Positions 9,490 to 20,604 of a stretch of DNA of 64,000 bases are shown here, piece after piece (the first letter of the stretch is position 1; each line of letters opens with the position of its first letter). A program made the translations under genes and the position numbers. Origin of the DNA: an uncultured Gemmatimonadales bacterium. Lineage in GTDB: Bacteria; Gemmatimonadota; Gemmatimonadetes; Gemmatimonadales; Gemmatimonadaceae. A model generated the notes under the pieces. It was given only the letters and a program-made list of their open reading frames with translations, was not told the origin of the DNA and did no database searches. Location of the stretch: assembly GCA_963850905.1 (NCBI GenBank), contig CAWKMU010000003.1:32001-96000 (forward strand), in the 5' to 3' direction.

Positions 9490-9837
9490 TCAGCCAGCCA
9501 CGCGTCTCAACTCCGCTTCGCATGCATCGCGCAGTGGACCCAAGTCACTCTCAATCATCCGCCACATGAGTTCCTCGTCTACTTCATCGTACTCGTGGCG
9601 AAGCACGTTCCCGAGTGCGCGCACGTCGATCCACGAAATCGACGGATAGCGCGCATCCATGTGCGTTCCGAGTTTGGCGGCGGCCTCGCTGATCCGACCG
9701 AAGCACCGTTCCACGGCATCCCGGGTCAACGAGCTTTCAGCGAATGCCTCGCCGTTCATCCCGCACACATAGGCACGGATGCGGTCGATGTTCTCGACAA
9801 TGTCGCGAAGCCGACGCGCCGGATCCGACGTTGGCAC
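9490..9837 (-). CDS. HEPN/DUF86 (HepT-like) ribonuclease toxin
   Basis: RLRDIVENIDRI...DAVERCFGRISEA...GNVLRHEYDEVD. Confidence 0.9.
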   Translation of the reverse strand: MPTSDPARRLRDIVENIDRIRAYVCGMNGEAFAESSLTRDAVERCFGRISEAAAKLGTHMDARYPSISWIDVRALGNVLRHEYDEVDEELMWRMIESDLGPLRDACEAELRRVAG

Positions 9838-9849
9838 GAGACCTCGCGC

Positions 9850-10170
9850 CTAGAACGCAACAACGGCGTCCCGCTCAGCCGCGGGCCGCACATGCGGCTG
9901 AAGTCGGCGACGCTGGACCACCTCGATGGGTCTTCCAAGGAGCTCGCCCAGTCCTTGGATCTCCCGGACGGCTCCCACATACGCAAGCAGGGTCGGACGA
10001 CCGGCAGGATCTAACTCAATCATGATGTCGACGTCACTTCCCGGCAGGTCCTCACCTCGAGCCACCGAGCCGAAGACGGCAGCGTGCAACACGCCGCGCC
10101 GCTTTAGTTGTGCGGCCCGAGCGCGGAGGAGCGTGAGAACACGGTCCAGTGTCTTATCAGAGGGTGCCAT
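9850..10170 (-). CDS. Minimal nucleotidyltransferase antitoxin (MntA-like)
   Basis: FGSVARGEDLPGSDVDIM motif; adjacent to the HEPN gene. Confidence 0.9.
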   Translation of the reverse strand: MAPSDKTLDRVLTLLRARAAQLKRRGVLHAAVFGSVARGEDLPGSDVDIMIELDPAGRPTLLAYVGAVREIQGLGELLGRPIEVVQRRRLQPHVRPAAERDAVVAF

Positions 10171-10544
10171 GGTATGGAATCTAAGAACGAATGGCTTAGA
10201 GGGGCCACACCGGCCATTGCCAACCGGGCGAGGCTACTTCGTTTAGAGCTGAATGATCACGACGCTTCTCGTTCATTTGCATTCACCTCGGCCATGCAGC
10301 TGATCTGTCAGGGCCCACCAAGTCCCGCCAGCGACCCCAAGACCCAGCATTCCCTTCGAGGGTGAATAGCCGCCGTCTTCAACCTAGAACCCCGTTACAC
10401 CGCATGGCAGCCAGTTCGGATCGTGCGAGCACCCGGCCGACGCAAGTGTCGTAACAATTATTCACGACAGCCGTTGGCCGAAAAGGCTCTAGCAGGCAGA
10501 CAAGCCGTGTCTTTCCCAATGATACCTATGCGGAACCGCGGTGG

Positions 10545-11057
10545 TCAGGGATGCTGTATGAGCACCGGCCGGCCTGTCGTTGCAACTCCGGGAACCCCAA
10601 GGGCGCCACGGACATTTCGTCCCCAACAGTAGACTTTGCCGTGGTTGGCGACACCGCAGGTATGTTCGAGGCCCGCGCTGATCGACGTGACGTGTATGAT
10701 GTCAATGACGCGTGACGGGTACGGACGCCCGCGACGGTCGGCGCTTTGGTTGGCATCAACCGACCCCCCGCCGAGCTGGCCGCTGACATTTACGCCCCAG
10801 CAGTAGGCGAGGTGGTCGACGCCTATCGCGCACGTGTGCAGCGAGCCGGCGCTGATCGCGACGAAACGCGCGCCGTTTGCGACGCGTACAGGGCGCTCGA
10901 GTCGGTCGCGAAACGCCGGGCCGCCAATGTAGCCTCCGCAGCACCGCGGTACCGTGTCGGCCCCCAGCGCCCCCGTGCCGATCCAACCCCGACAGGACGC
11001 CAGGCCCGCGGCATCGAGCACACAGCCGTGCTGATATCCCATCGTCGGAGGAGCCAC
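10545..11057 (-). pseudogene. RCC1-repeat protein fragment
   Basis: ISAGSLHTCAI...AYCWGVN, ISAGLEHTCGV...VYCWGRN; degenerate with no clear start. Confidence 0.7.
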
Positions 11058-11184
11058 GGCATTCTAGGCGAGCCTTTGCCGAATGAGGCACCGATTGGAT
11101 TGGTAATCGAGTTAACCGGGCTGTTCGAGGGCCTGGCGAGCGCGTATTCACAGTCAGGCGCACAGGCGGGCCTCGTTTAGTTGC

Positions 11185-12889
11185 TCACGGGACTTTCGCC
11201 GATAGACTCAGCGATCGGCCGTCGACCGGTTGTTCCGCCTTGATGCCAAGCTCCTTGGCAAGGGTCGGCGCGATGTCCACGGTGCTGGCTGGATCTGTTC
11301 GATGCTCGGGTTTCCAAAGCCCCCAAAAGATCAGCGGTACCCGGCGATCATAGTCCCACGGAGTGCCGTGTTGCGCTGCATCGTGCTTCGGGGGACCGTC
11401 GCGCTCGACAAGCGGGTTGAAGGCGAAGAGTATGTCGGCCGACCGTCCTTCGGGCGCGCTGAGCTTCAAGCGATACAGCACGTCCTCCTCGCGAGGGTCA
11501 GGAAAGCGCTTTTGGGGCATCGCCCTCAGCTCCTCGAGCGAGGCCACGGCAGCAACTTCGGGCATGGCACGAACGATGGCGGTGATTCTGCCGATCACTT
11601 GCCTCAGACCGCCCGTTGCCGCTGCTGCCGTATGGTCAACGTAGATCTGCTGATCGCCGCCGCTCACCAGGTCCAGGTTCGTGCCCAACTCCCGTTGGAC
11701 ACGCGCTTGCAATTCCTTCGTCCATCCTTCGACATCGATCCGGTGTGCGGGGATGCCTTGGCTCCTCAATCGCTCGGCAAAATCAAGACCGCCGTGGTCT
11801 GCACTGAACACGACAACCACGCTCGTCCCCCGCTGCCGAAGCCTATCCAGAAAGATTCCCAGCCTTGCATCCAACCGGCGAATGAGATCCTGCATTTCCG
11901 GACCGGAATTGCCGAATGCATGTTCCGCGGCGTTGGTCGCCGACAGCCCCAAACACAGCAGGTCGAAGTGATTCCCCTCGCCTAGATGCTCATTCTGGAT
12001 CAATGCTTCGGCGGCATCGAATATCGCATCGTCCCAGAACGGCGAAGCCCGGTATCGATTCCAAAAGCCGCCGTCCTGTGTCTCGTTCAAGATGAAGCCG
12101 GCGTGCTGCGCATCCGGAAAGCCCTGAGTCTGGATCAACCTCGGCAGACGACTCACGATGGGATAATCGGTGAGGTCTGCCTTCCACTCACCTGGAATGA
12201 CGAGTCCATTCGGACGGGCCCATGGGAACCCAGGTGAGCGTCTCCGTCCGCAGGCGATGCATGAGATCTGAATTGAACTTCACGAGCCATGGTGGAAGCG
12301 TCCGCGCATATGCGGTAGACGTCGTAAACCCAAACCCTTCTTGGAACCAGTACACGCCGTCGGTCTTCGGGCCTGCCATTAGAATTGCCGAACGATCTTT
12401 GCCTGCCACGGCAAAGACCCGGCTATCGGGGAACGCGTCTTTGAGCCAAGTGCCAAACGTTGTGCCTCGAAACTGGACGTCACTCGCTCCAACCGGGCCG
12501 GACGACGCGCCGAAGGTCTTCGCCTGGTCGTCCTCTACGCAGTACGTTTCCTTGCCCGTGCTGGAATCCTTCCAGCTATTGGTGCCTATGCCCGTTGATG
12601 CGGGATATCTCCCTGAGAGAAGCGTGGCGTGTCCCGGACATGTCTCGGTGAACGCATGCTCCTGATACGCATTCTCGAAGACAACGCCCTCCTTGAGAAG
12701 CTTTCCCAATCCTCCGGGCAGACCGGCCGTGTACCGGTCCATGATCTCTCCCGAGAGCATGTCCACCGAAACCACGATGACCAGATTCGGCTTGGGGGTT
12801 GGAGCCACGGACTGTGCAGCAACCGAGCTGCGATCCACCATCAATAAAACGAGCACAAGGACGAGCAGAATCATTCTCCGCGTCTTCAT
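11185..12889 (-). CDS. Alkaline phosphatase superfamily protein (PafA-like), frameshift near 12190
   Basis: Signal peptide, VVSVDM, TETCPGHATL, KDRSAIL, SADHG, HGTPWDYDRRVPLIFWG split over two frames. Confidence 0.85.
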
Positions 12890-12979
12890 GATGCAAAACT
12901 CCTCGCGTCAAAGTGGGAATGGTCACGACTGTCCGGTCGGAAGCGAGCGGTCACTGTTCATCGATGTGGGTGGCTATGT

Positions 12980-13639
12980 CTAGCCGGGCGCGCAGTTGGG
13001 AGCCGTAGCGCTCACCACGACTCTCGCAATGCGGTCGAGTAGGCGTTGCTTGGATGCCGGCCACTCTTCCCGCAGCAGGCTGTGCACGACATCGTCGCGA
13101 CGGATCCTCGAGCCTCGGCCCGTCTCCGCGTACGAGCGCAGGATGCCTTCTTGCACTGCACCGATCGCCTTCAAGGCCGCTCGGGATCGTGCGTTCCTTC
13201 TGTCGCTATGGAATTCAAGGCGCTGACATTGGAGCTGCTCGAATGCCAAGGTCAGCACCAGCAATTTTGATTCGGGGTTGGCGCCGAGTCCCCACACTGC
13301 CGGTGCGAACCAGGACCCAATCGTGACTCGCCGATGCTCGGCCGAGTAATGCTTCAATCGCGTACAACCGACAAGAGCACCCGTCTTCCGCCATCGAACG
13401 ACGAATGGCGCCACAGTGCCCTCGGCGCGATCCCGCAAGGCGGCGGAGACGTAGTTGTCGAGCGCTTCTTTTGTCGACGCGTTGCTCGTGAGGAATTGCC
13501 AGATCGATTGGTCTCTTGCGATCAGGAGCAATTCGTCCGCGTGAGCAGGGAAAAGCGGTTCTAGGACAATGAGCGTTCCGGGGACGTTCGCGTCCGGCCC
13601 GATTGCCTTGAGAACATCACCTGAACAGGTATTCGGCAT
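12980..13639 (-). CDS. GNAT (RimJ/RimL-like) acetyltransferase
   Basis: VTIGSWF...NPESKLLVL..AFEQLQCQRLEF..DRRNARSRAALKAIGAVQEGILR. Confidence 0.85.
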   Translation of the reverse strand: MPNTCSGDVLKAIGPDANVPGTLIVLEPLFPAHADELLLIARDQSIWQFLTSNASTKEALDNYVSAALRDRAEGTVAPFVVRWRKTGALVGCTRLKHYSAEHRRVTIGSWFAPAVWGLGANPESKLLVLTLAFEQLQCQRLEFHSDRRNARSRAALKAIGAVQEGILRSYAETGRGSRIRRDDVVHSLLREEWPASKQRLLDRIARVVVSATAPNCAPG

Positions 13640-14202
13640 AGCCTCGGCCTTTCCGCCCATTAGGGTAGGAACGACCTCAGGCTTTTTATGCCTTAAGTTG
13701 TGCGGCTGAATCAGCCGTGGTGTCGCTCGGTCACAGGCCCAGTCGCAAACTGACTGGCGGAACCCTAGACACAATCGCGAATTGTTGTCCGATTATAAGC
13801 TCGATACAAACCTGACGCCACCTCCTGATCGCCTGCGTCTCTGCTCGTGCTCGGGCGTTGGCCGCTCTCCTTCGAGTAACCAAGGAAAGGATTCGGCTTG
13901 TACCTGAGTCCCACCACGGCTTCCCGCGACCCGGTTAGGCCATGCTCGCCAGTCTCATAACCCAAATCCGTTGCGGACGAGCGGGCGCGCGGAAGCGAGC
14001 GCGCGTCCGCCCACGACAGTGCCAAAGCCGATCGCCCGCGCACCTCGGCTCCGCGCATTGGTGCCTCCGCGCCGTAACGTCGCTGGCTATCGGGTCAGCC
14101 TCGCCAGTTCTTGCAAGCGTGCCGGCACTGGCCTGTGATGCCCTTGCAACGCCTGAATAACCCTGTCCAAACCATTGACCTGAGTGCCCCAAGCGATTCA
14201 AA

Positions 14203-14445
14203 CTCGAGCAAGGGCACGCACTCCCGGACACTGCCGCGTGCAATCCCAAAGAAATTGCGCCGATCCGCAACCGTGAATCGCCCGTTCCCCTCGGCGAGAC
14301 TCGCCGCGATCGACAGCGCCGCCCGATTCAACTGATCGGCAAGGAAGAAGTACCCGCGCGGGAACCCTCTCGTCGCCGCACAGATCGCGTCCGCGAACGT
14401 AACGCTCCGTTGGTAGACGAGAAGCTTCTCGAAGGCGAACGGCAC
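14203..14445 (-). pseudogene. Four-helix-bundle protein, 3' truncated, copy C
   Basis: Nearly identical to copy B up to RECVPLLE, then unrelated. Confidence 0.85.
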
Positions 14446-14486
14446 GGGCGGACGCTCGCGCTGCGGCGTCAGCCGCGCGTCATAGA

Positions 14487-14625
14487 GCAGAAAGGAGAAA
14501 GGAGAAAGGAGACCGAGGAGCGCGGTCCCGTGGCGCACTCGCCATCCAGACCGCCCAAGCTCTTCGTCTCCTTTCTCCTTTCTGCCTCGCTCCTCTCTAT
14601 TTCGGCCGGCTGTGCCGGCCGAAAT
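14487..14625. repeat. Double-hairpin module C
   Basis: GCAGAAAGGAGAAAGGAGA.../TCTCCTTTCTCCTTTCTGC; ATTTCGGCCGGC-TGT-GCCGGCCGAAAT. Confidence 0.9.
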
Positions 14626-14668
14626 GGGCCTGGGTAGAGTTGAACTACCGACCTCACGCTTATCAGGC
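14625..14668 (-). repeat. tRNA-Ile 3'-half copy 4 (44 bp)
   Basis: Identical to 40745-40788. Confidence 0.97.
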
Positions 14669-14675
14669 CGAAGAC

Positions 14676-14783
14676 GAGCGCTGGAGAGCGCTGGACACCG
14701 CCCATTCTTATGGCCTAGCGGTTGCGACTCGCTGGTGGGCGTCCGCCCCCGCTGAGGGGCGCTGACACTGCGGCTGGCACTGC
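14676..14783 (+). repeat. Tandem repeats GAGCGCTGGA x2 (14676-14695) and GCTG(A/G)CACTGC x2 (14761-14783), putative arm/Xis sites
   Basis: The second repeat has a 12-bp period and lies about 93 bp right of core 4. Confidence 0.65.
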
Positions 14784-15270
14784 CGAAACACAGCTGCAGT
14801 CGGTCGGTGAGCGTTCCCCGATCACTCCCCCCAGCCGTTTCTCGTCGGTGCCACGGGACGGGAGCACGACAGCTTGTCAACACCGATTGAAATTTCAAAC
14901 CTATGGTAAGACAGCTCACATGGCTGAACTATTTTTGGGTTATCGGGTCCGCAGCAGATACCTCATGTGGGTGGAATCGGACCGGCGCTGCTGTTGTCAA
15001 TCGGTACCTTGAACTGCAAGGGCGGGGGTTGGCCTCTGGGGGTTAGGAGATATCCTGCAAACCCACTTCACCTTTTGTGTTTTCCAGGGGCGAGTGGGAT
15101 TCTCACCGCACCAACAACGCTAGTGAGTGCCGATCGTTCCGATAAAGGCTCATTCTCACTGCGGACCGCTCCGTCCTCCCGCGCCAGCCTGCCGGAATCT
15201 CAAATCTCACTAGCTTAGCGTACGAATTTGGGCGCGTAATTGGCTATGACATCAGCTCAAGGAGAAAAGG

Positions 15271-15681
15271 GTGCCGTTCGCAATCAAAGCCGAGGTTCGC
15301 GATCCGCGCGCCAAGACGTTCGCGTTCACCGCACAAAAGACGATGTATGGCGGCAAGCATATCGCCGAAGGTGACACGGTTTTCGTTTTCGCGAGCGAGA
15401 ACGAAGGCGGACAGGGCCTCATCGCGCGCGGCGTCGTCACCTCCGCCGAAGCGATCCCCAAGAAGCGCGGCATCGCCCGGCAAACGCCGCGCGTGAGCAT
15501 CACCATCAGACGCACCGCGCTCGCGAAGCGGCCGCTGGGGCGGAGCGAACTCAAACACTTCACCGACTGGAATGACGGCCGGCCCGGGACCGAGCTCAAT
15601 TTCAAATTCTATCGTCAGGCCACCAACAAGATCGTCGGCATCTCGGATGAAGCGGCGGCGTTCCTCGGCGGATTCTTTTAG
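15271..15681 (+). CDS. Small conserved hypothetical protein, possible EVE/PUA-like fold
   Basis: IAEGDTVFVFASE...GLIARGVV pattern; GGAG RBS. Confidence 0.55.
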   Translation: MPFAIKAEVRDPRAKTFAFTAQKTMYGGKHIAEGDTVFVFASENEGGQGLIARGVVTSAEAIPKKRGIARQTPRVSITIRRTALAKRPLGRSELKHFTDWNDGRPGTELNFKFYRQATNKIVGISDEAAAFLGGFF

Positions 15682-15803
15682 CCGCAGACCTGGCGGAGCG
15701 CGTCAGGGGAGAGCTGCGCGGCATTCTCGGCAACCGGATAAAATTGACGGCGGACGAGCATGCTGGCTTCGCGGGATTCGCTGCAGTCCTGCCGAGCACG
15801 CCC

Positions 15804-16334
15804 TTAGACCCTGTAAGGTGCACAAACTGGCTCACGCAGCCCGTTGTGCTCGTGGAGCAATCCGCCGAGACGATCACGACGCTGGACACACGCTCCTCGC
15901 GAGTCGAACGCCCCGCTCAGGCGCCCGCGTCGAGCTCGGCGGAGTAAGGTCCAGCGCCCGATGCGCCTGTGACCGTTGTAGTGGTCGACGAACGTGTCGC
16001 ACACGCGCTCGAGATGCCGCGTGCTGAGGATCAGGAGCCAGTCCAGATATTCTGACCGAACGGTCCGAACAAAGCGCTCAGCGACGGCGTTTGCCTGCGG
16101 CGCGCGAATCGGGCGTCACCACGAACGAGCGCCAGCTGGCGGGCGGAAGGAGCCCGCTGGCCAAGAAGACTTGGTCCGTGGCCGTCAGCGGCGGCCGGCG
16201 CATTCCGCGGCGCAAGACGGCCAGCTCGTGGCGGAGCACGATGATTTCGAGTTCTTTGAATGCGTCAGACCGGAAGCGAAGGATGGCGAGTTGTAGAACG
16301 CGTCGAGAATGAGGTAGCACAGCGAGATGAGCAC
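15804..16334 (-). mobile_element. Internally deleted IS remnant (rve integrase-core transposase)
   Basis: N-terminal KELEIIVLRHELAVLRR joined to C-terminal APQANAVAERFVRTVRSEYLD...HYN...RRDRLGGLLHE, with frameshifts. Confidence 0.75.
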
Positions 16335-16510
16335 GAGGCCTCCGCCAAACCCCATTCGGTTCAGGAGCTACCTTAAATAGGCAACCTGCCGTGTTTCAGA
16401 GGGTAGCCGGGCGTCGGGTGCCGCGCGTTCCCCTCCCTCCTGCCGGTTCGGGCCGGGAGAAACGGGTAGAACCAATCGCCGAGCACGGTGAGAAAGAAAG
16501 GAACTGAGGA

Positions 16511-17759
<1,249 letters not shown>

Positions 17760-17767
<8 letters not shown>

Positions 17768-18386
17768 GGTCCTACCCGTCGACCCGACGACCACCATCCG
17801 CGCCGAGACATCACAGGCCGACCCCGACACGTGCAAGTTCACGGTCAGCCGGACGGTGCATCCGGGTGGCCCGTTCTTTTTCGACAGCAAGGATCGGGCA
17901 TCCGGCTCGCCCCTCGTCGAGCGACTCTTTGCCCTGCCGGGCGTTTCCCATGTGCTCGTGGCCGAGACCGTGGTGACGGTTGGAAAGGACCCGAGTGTCG
18001 CGTGGTCGGCGCTGAAATCGGCAATCGGCGCGGCCATCCGGACGCAGCTGCTCACAGGTGTGCCCGCGATCTTCGAGGCTCCTCGCAACGCAGGCGCGCG
18101 GGGCCGAACCGACGGCGAGATTCGTGCGTGCGTTCAGGAACTCCTGGACCGCGAAGTGAATCGTTCCATCGCAAGCCATGGCGGGAAGATCTCAATCGTC
18201 GACATTCGGCACGGCAACCTCTTCATTGCGATGAGCGGAGGCTGCCAGGGTTGCGCTGCCTCTTCCGTAACCTTGCGACAGGGGTTCGAGGTCATGGTGC
18301 GCAGGGTGGCACCGGAGATTGTCGACATCGTGGACACGACGGACCACGCGGCCGGCGAGAAACCCTTCTACCAGCGCACGGTCTAG
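17760..18386 (+). CDS. NifU/Nfu family protein
   Basis: Nfu N-terminal scaffold (SPLVERLFALPGV) and SHGG...GGCQGC. Confidence 0.88.
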
Positions 18387-18395
18387 GAGAAGTCG

Positions 18396-20173
18396 ATGGT
18401 GCTAGGTCGCCTGCCCCTCTACGGTGAACCGGAGGTTTCGCCGGACCGCTCGCAAGCGAGCAGCCTGTCTGCAGAGGAACTCGTGGTCGCCTATCACGAA
18501 CGGACGAAGCACCATTACCACCGCTTCGCCGCATCGGTTGGCTACATGGATTGGGCTACGCAGCCAGATCCGTTCCGTCGCTACGAGGGAGCGTCGCTGA
18601 TTCGCCTCCCTTTCCCCGAGATGGGGCAAGCACTTCCATACTGGCAGCTCTACGTCGCCGACAGCATGGAGCCAGCCCCGCTTTCGATTGACTCCGTCTC
18701 GCTGTTCTTCCGCTACGCCCTCTCGCTGACCGCGTGGAAACGGTTCCACGAAACGACGTGGTCTCTCTTCGCGCCAACCCCTCGAGCGGAAACCTGCACC
18801 CGACGGAGGGATATGCGCTCCTGCCTGCCGTTGGCGCCATCCACGACCGTCCCGGCGTCTACCACTACGCACCGAAGGAACACGGTCTCGAGCGTCGAGC
18901 CGATGTTGACCCGTCGGTCTGGGCTGCCCTGATGACCGCGTTTCCGGAGGATTCATTCCTCGTGGGGCTCTCGTCCATTCATTGGCGAGAGGCCTGGAAG
19001 TATGGCGAGCGCGCGTTCCGCTACTGCCAACATGACGTGGGTCATGCCCTCGGGACTCTGCGCTTCGCGGCTGCCGCCCTGGGCTGGAAACTCTTCCTCC
19101 TCGACCGTGTAGACGCCACGTCACAGCTTCTCGGACTCAACCGCGACGCCGACTACGCCGGCGCGGAGCGAGAACATCCCGAACTCTTGGCAGTTGTCGT
19201 CCGGGGGAACTGGGCCAGTGACCGGGGCCTTTGCTTATCCAAAGAGGTCGCATCCCAGGGGGCCGCTTCACGATGGTATGGCACGGCCAACGTGCTGAGT
19301 CCCGAGCACAGCGTCGACTGGCCGGTGATCGACGAGGTTGCTGCTGCCACTACGAATCCGACGACTGCGATCGACGAAGATTTCTCCGGGTTTCCTTCGG
19401 AGGAGGAACTCTTCGAGCCGCCAGTTCGATCCGGTGCGTTCACCGCGAAGAAAGTCATCCTGGGCCGCAGAAGCGCCGTGAGCATGGACGCATCCACCGC
19501 AATTTCCGCGGCGACGTTCTTCCGGATGCTCGCTCGTCTCGTGCCCACCCGAGACGGGCGATCCGTGCCGTGGGACGCTATTCCCTGGCGCCCACGCATC
19601 CACCTGGGCCTCTTCGTGCACCGCGTGAACGACCTTTCTCCTGGTCTCTACACGCTTGCTCGCGATCCGGAGAAGGTCGAGCAACTTCGGCAAGCGATGC
19701 GGCGCGAGTTCCTGTGGCGGCGCCCTCCGTCGTGCCCGCGTGGGCTCCCGCTGTACCTGCTCAAAGAAGGGGACTGCCGCGCTCTGGCTGCGAGCGTCTC
19801 CTGCGGTCAGGACATCGCGGGAGATGGGGCTTTCAGCCTAGGGATGATCGCCGACTACATGGACAGCCTGGTTACCTACGGCGCTGCGTTCTATCGAAAT
19901 CTCTTCTGGGAGGCCGGTCTCGTGGGCCAGGTGCTGTACCTCGAAGCTGAAGAGGCGAGCATTCGTTCTACCGGGATCGGCTGCTACTTCGATGATCCCG
20001 TTCACGAGGTGTTCGGCATCTCTTCGCGCGACTGGCAGAGCTTCTACCACTTCACGGTGGGTGGCCCCGTCGAGGACAAACGGCTCACGACGTTACCAGC
20101 GTACAAGTTGGAGGAAAAACGATCAGCCCGGGGGCAGCCTCCTGGCCGCCTGCCCGTCTGGCGTGGCGTCTGA
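18396..20173 (+). CDS. SagB/ThcOx-family double nitroreductase-domain protein, frameshift near 18765
   Basis: YHERTKH, DWATQPDPFR, LRANPSSGNLHPTE, WKYGERAFRYC, GIGCYFDD. Confidence 0.88.
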
Positions 20174-20320
20174 GACAAGGCGTCTGGAGCACAGGGCGGC
20201 CCGGACGTCGCCCCCTCGGGTGCGGTTAACCGATTTTCTGGTTGCAGACGGGTTTGAGCTCCACGATCAACCGCTTCTCTTCATTGTCGTAGTCCGTCGT
20301 GACCACCGTATCGGTTTAGA

Positions 20321-20364
20321 TGGGCCTGGGTAGAGTTGAACTACCGACCTCACGCTTATCAGGC
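20321..20364 (-). repeat. tRNA-Ile 3'-half copy 5 (44 bp)
   Basis: Identical to 40745-40788. Confidence 0.97.
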
Positions 20365-20491
20365 ATCTGCGTAGGGGCGCAAAGTCCGGCAAGTTGCCGT
20401 TTTTTCCTCTGACGGTGCCGCCATCCGCCTGATTGCGCACCCAAGGAAACGGCAAGATGCCGGCTCCAACTGTCCCCGAAATTGTCCCCAA
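20365..20491 (+). repeat. Conserved att right-flank with AACTGTCCCCGA-AATTGTCCCCAA (20468-20491)
   Basis: Diverged homolog of 5851-5976. Confidence 0.85.
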
Positions 20492-20604
20492 TCCCTGGCG
20501 CCGGCAAGACTACTACGTGGAACCGCGGCAGGACGCAGATGGCGAGTTGCCACTCGATACCATCCGTGCGACGACCATTCCTGACATCATCACAGCAGCG
20601 CAAT

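Noticed and set aside
20371..20380. REP copy inside the array (GTAGGGGCGC)
   Set aside because: No palindromic second arm; part of the att flank.
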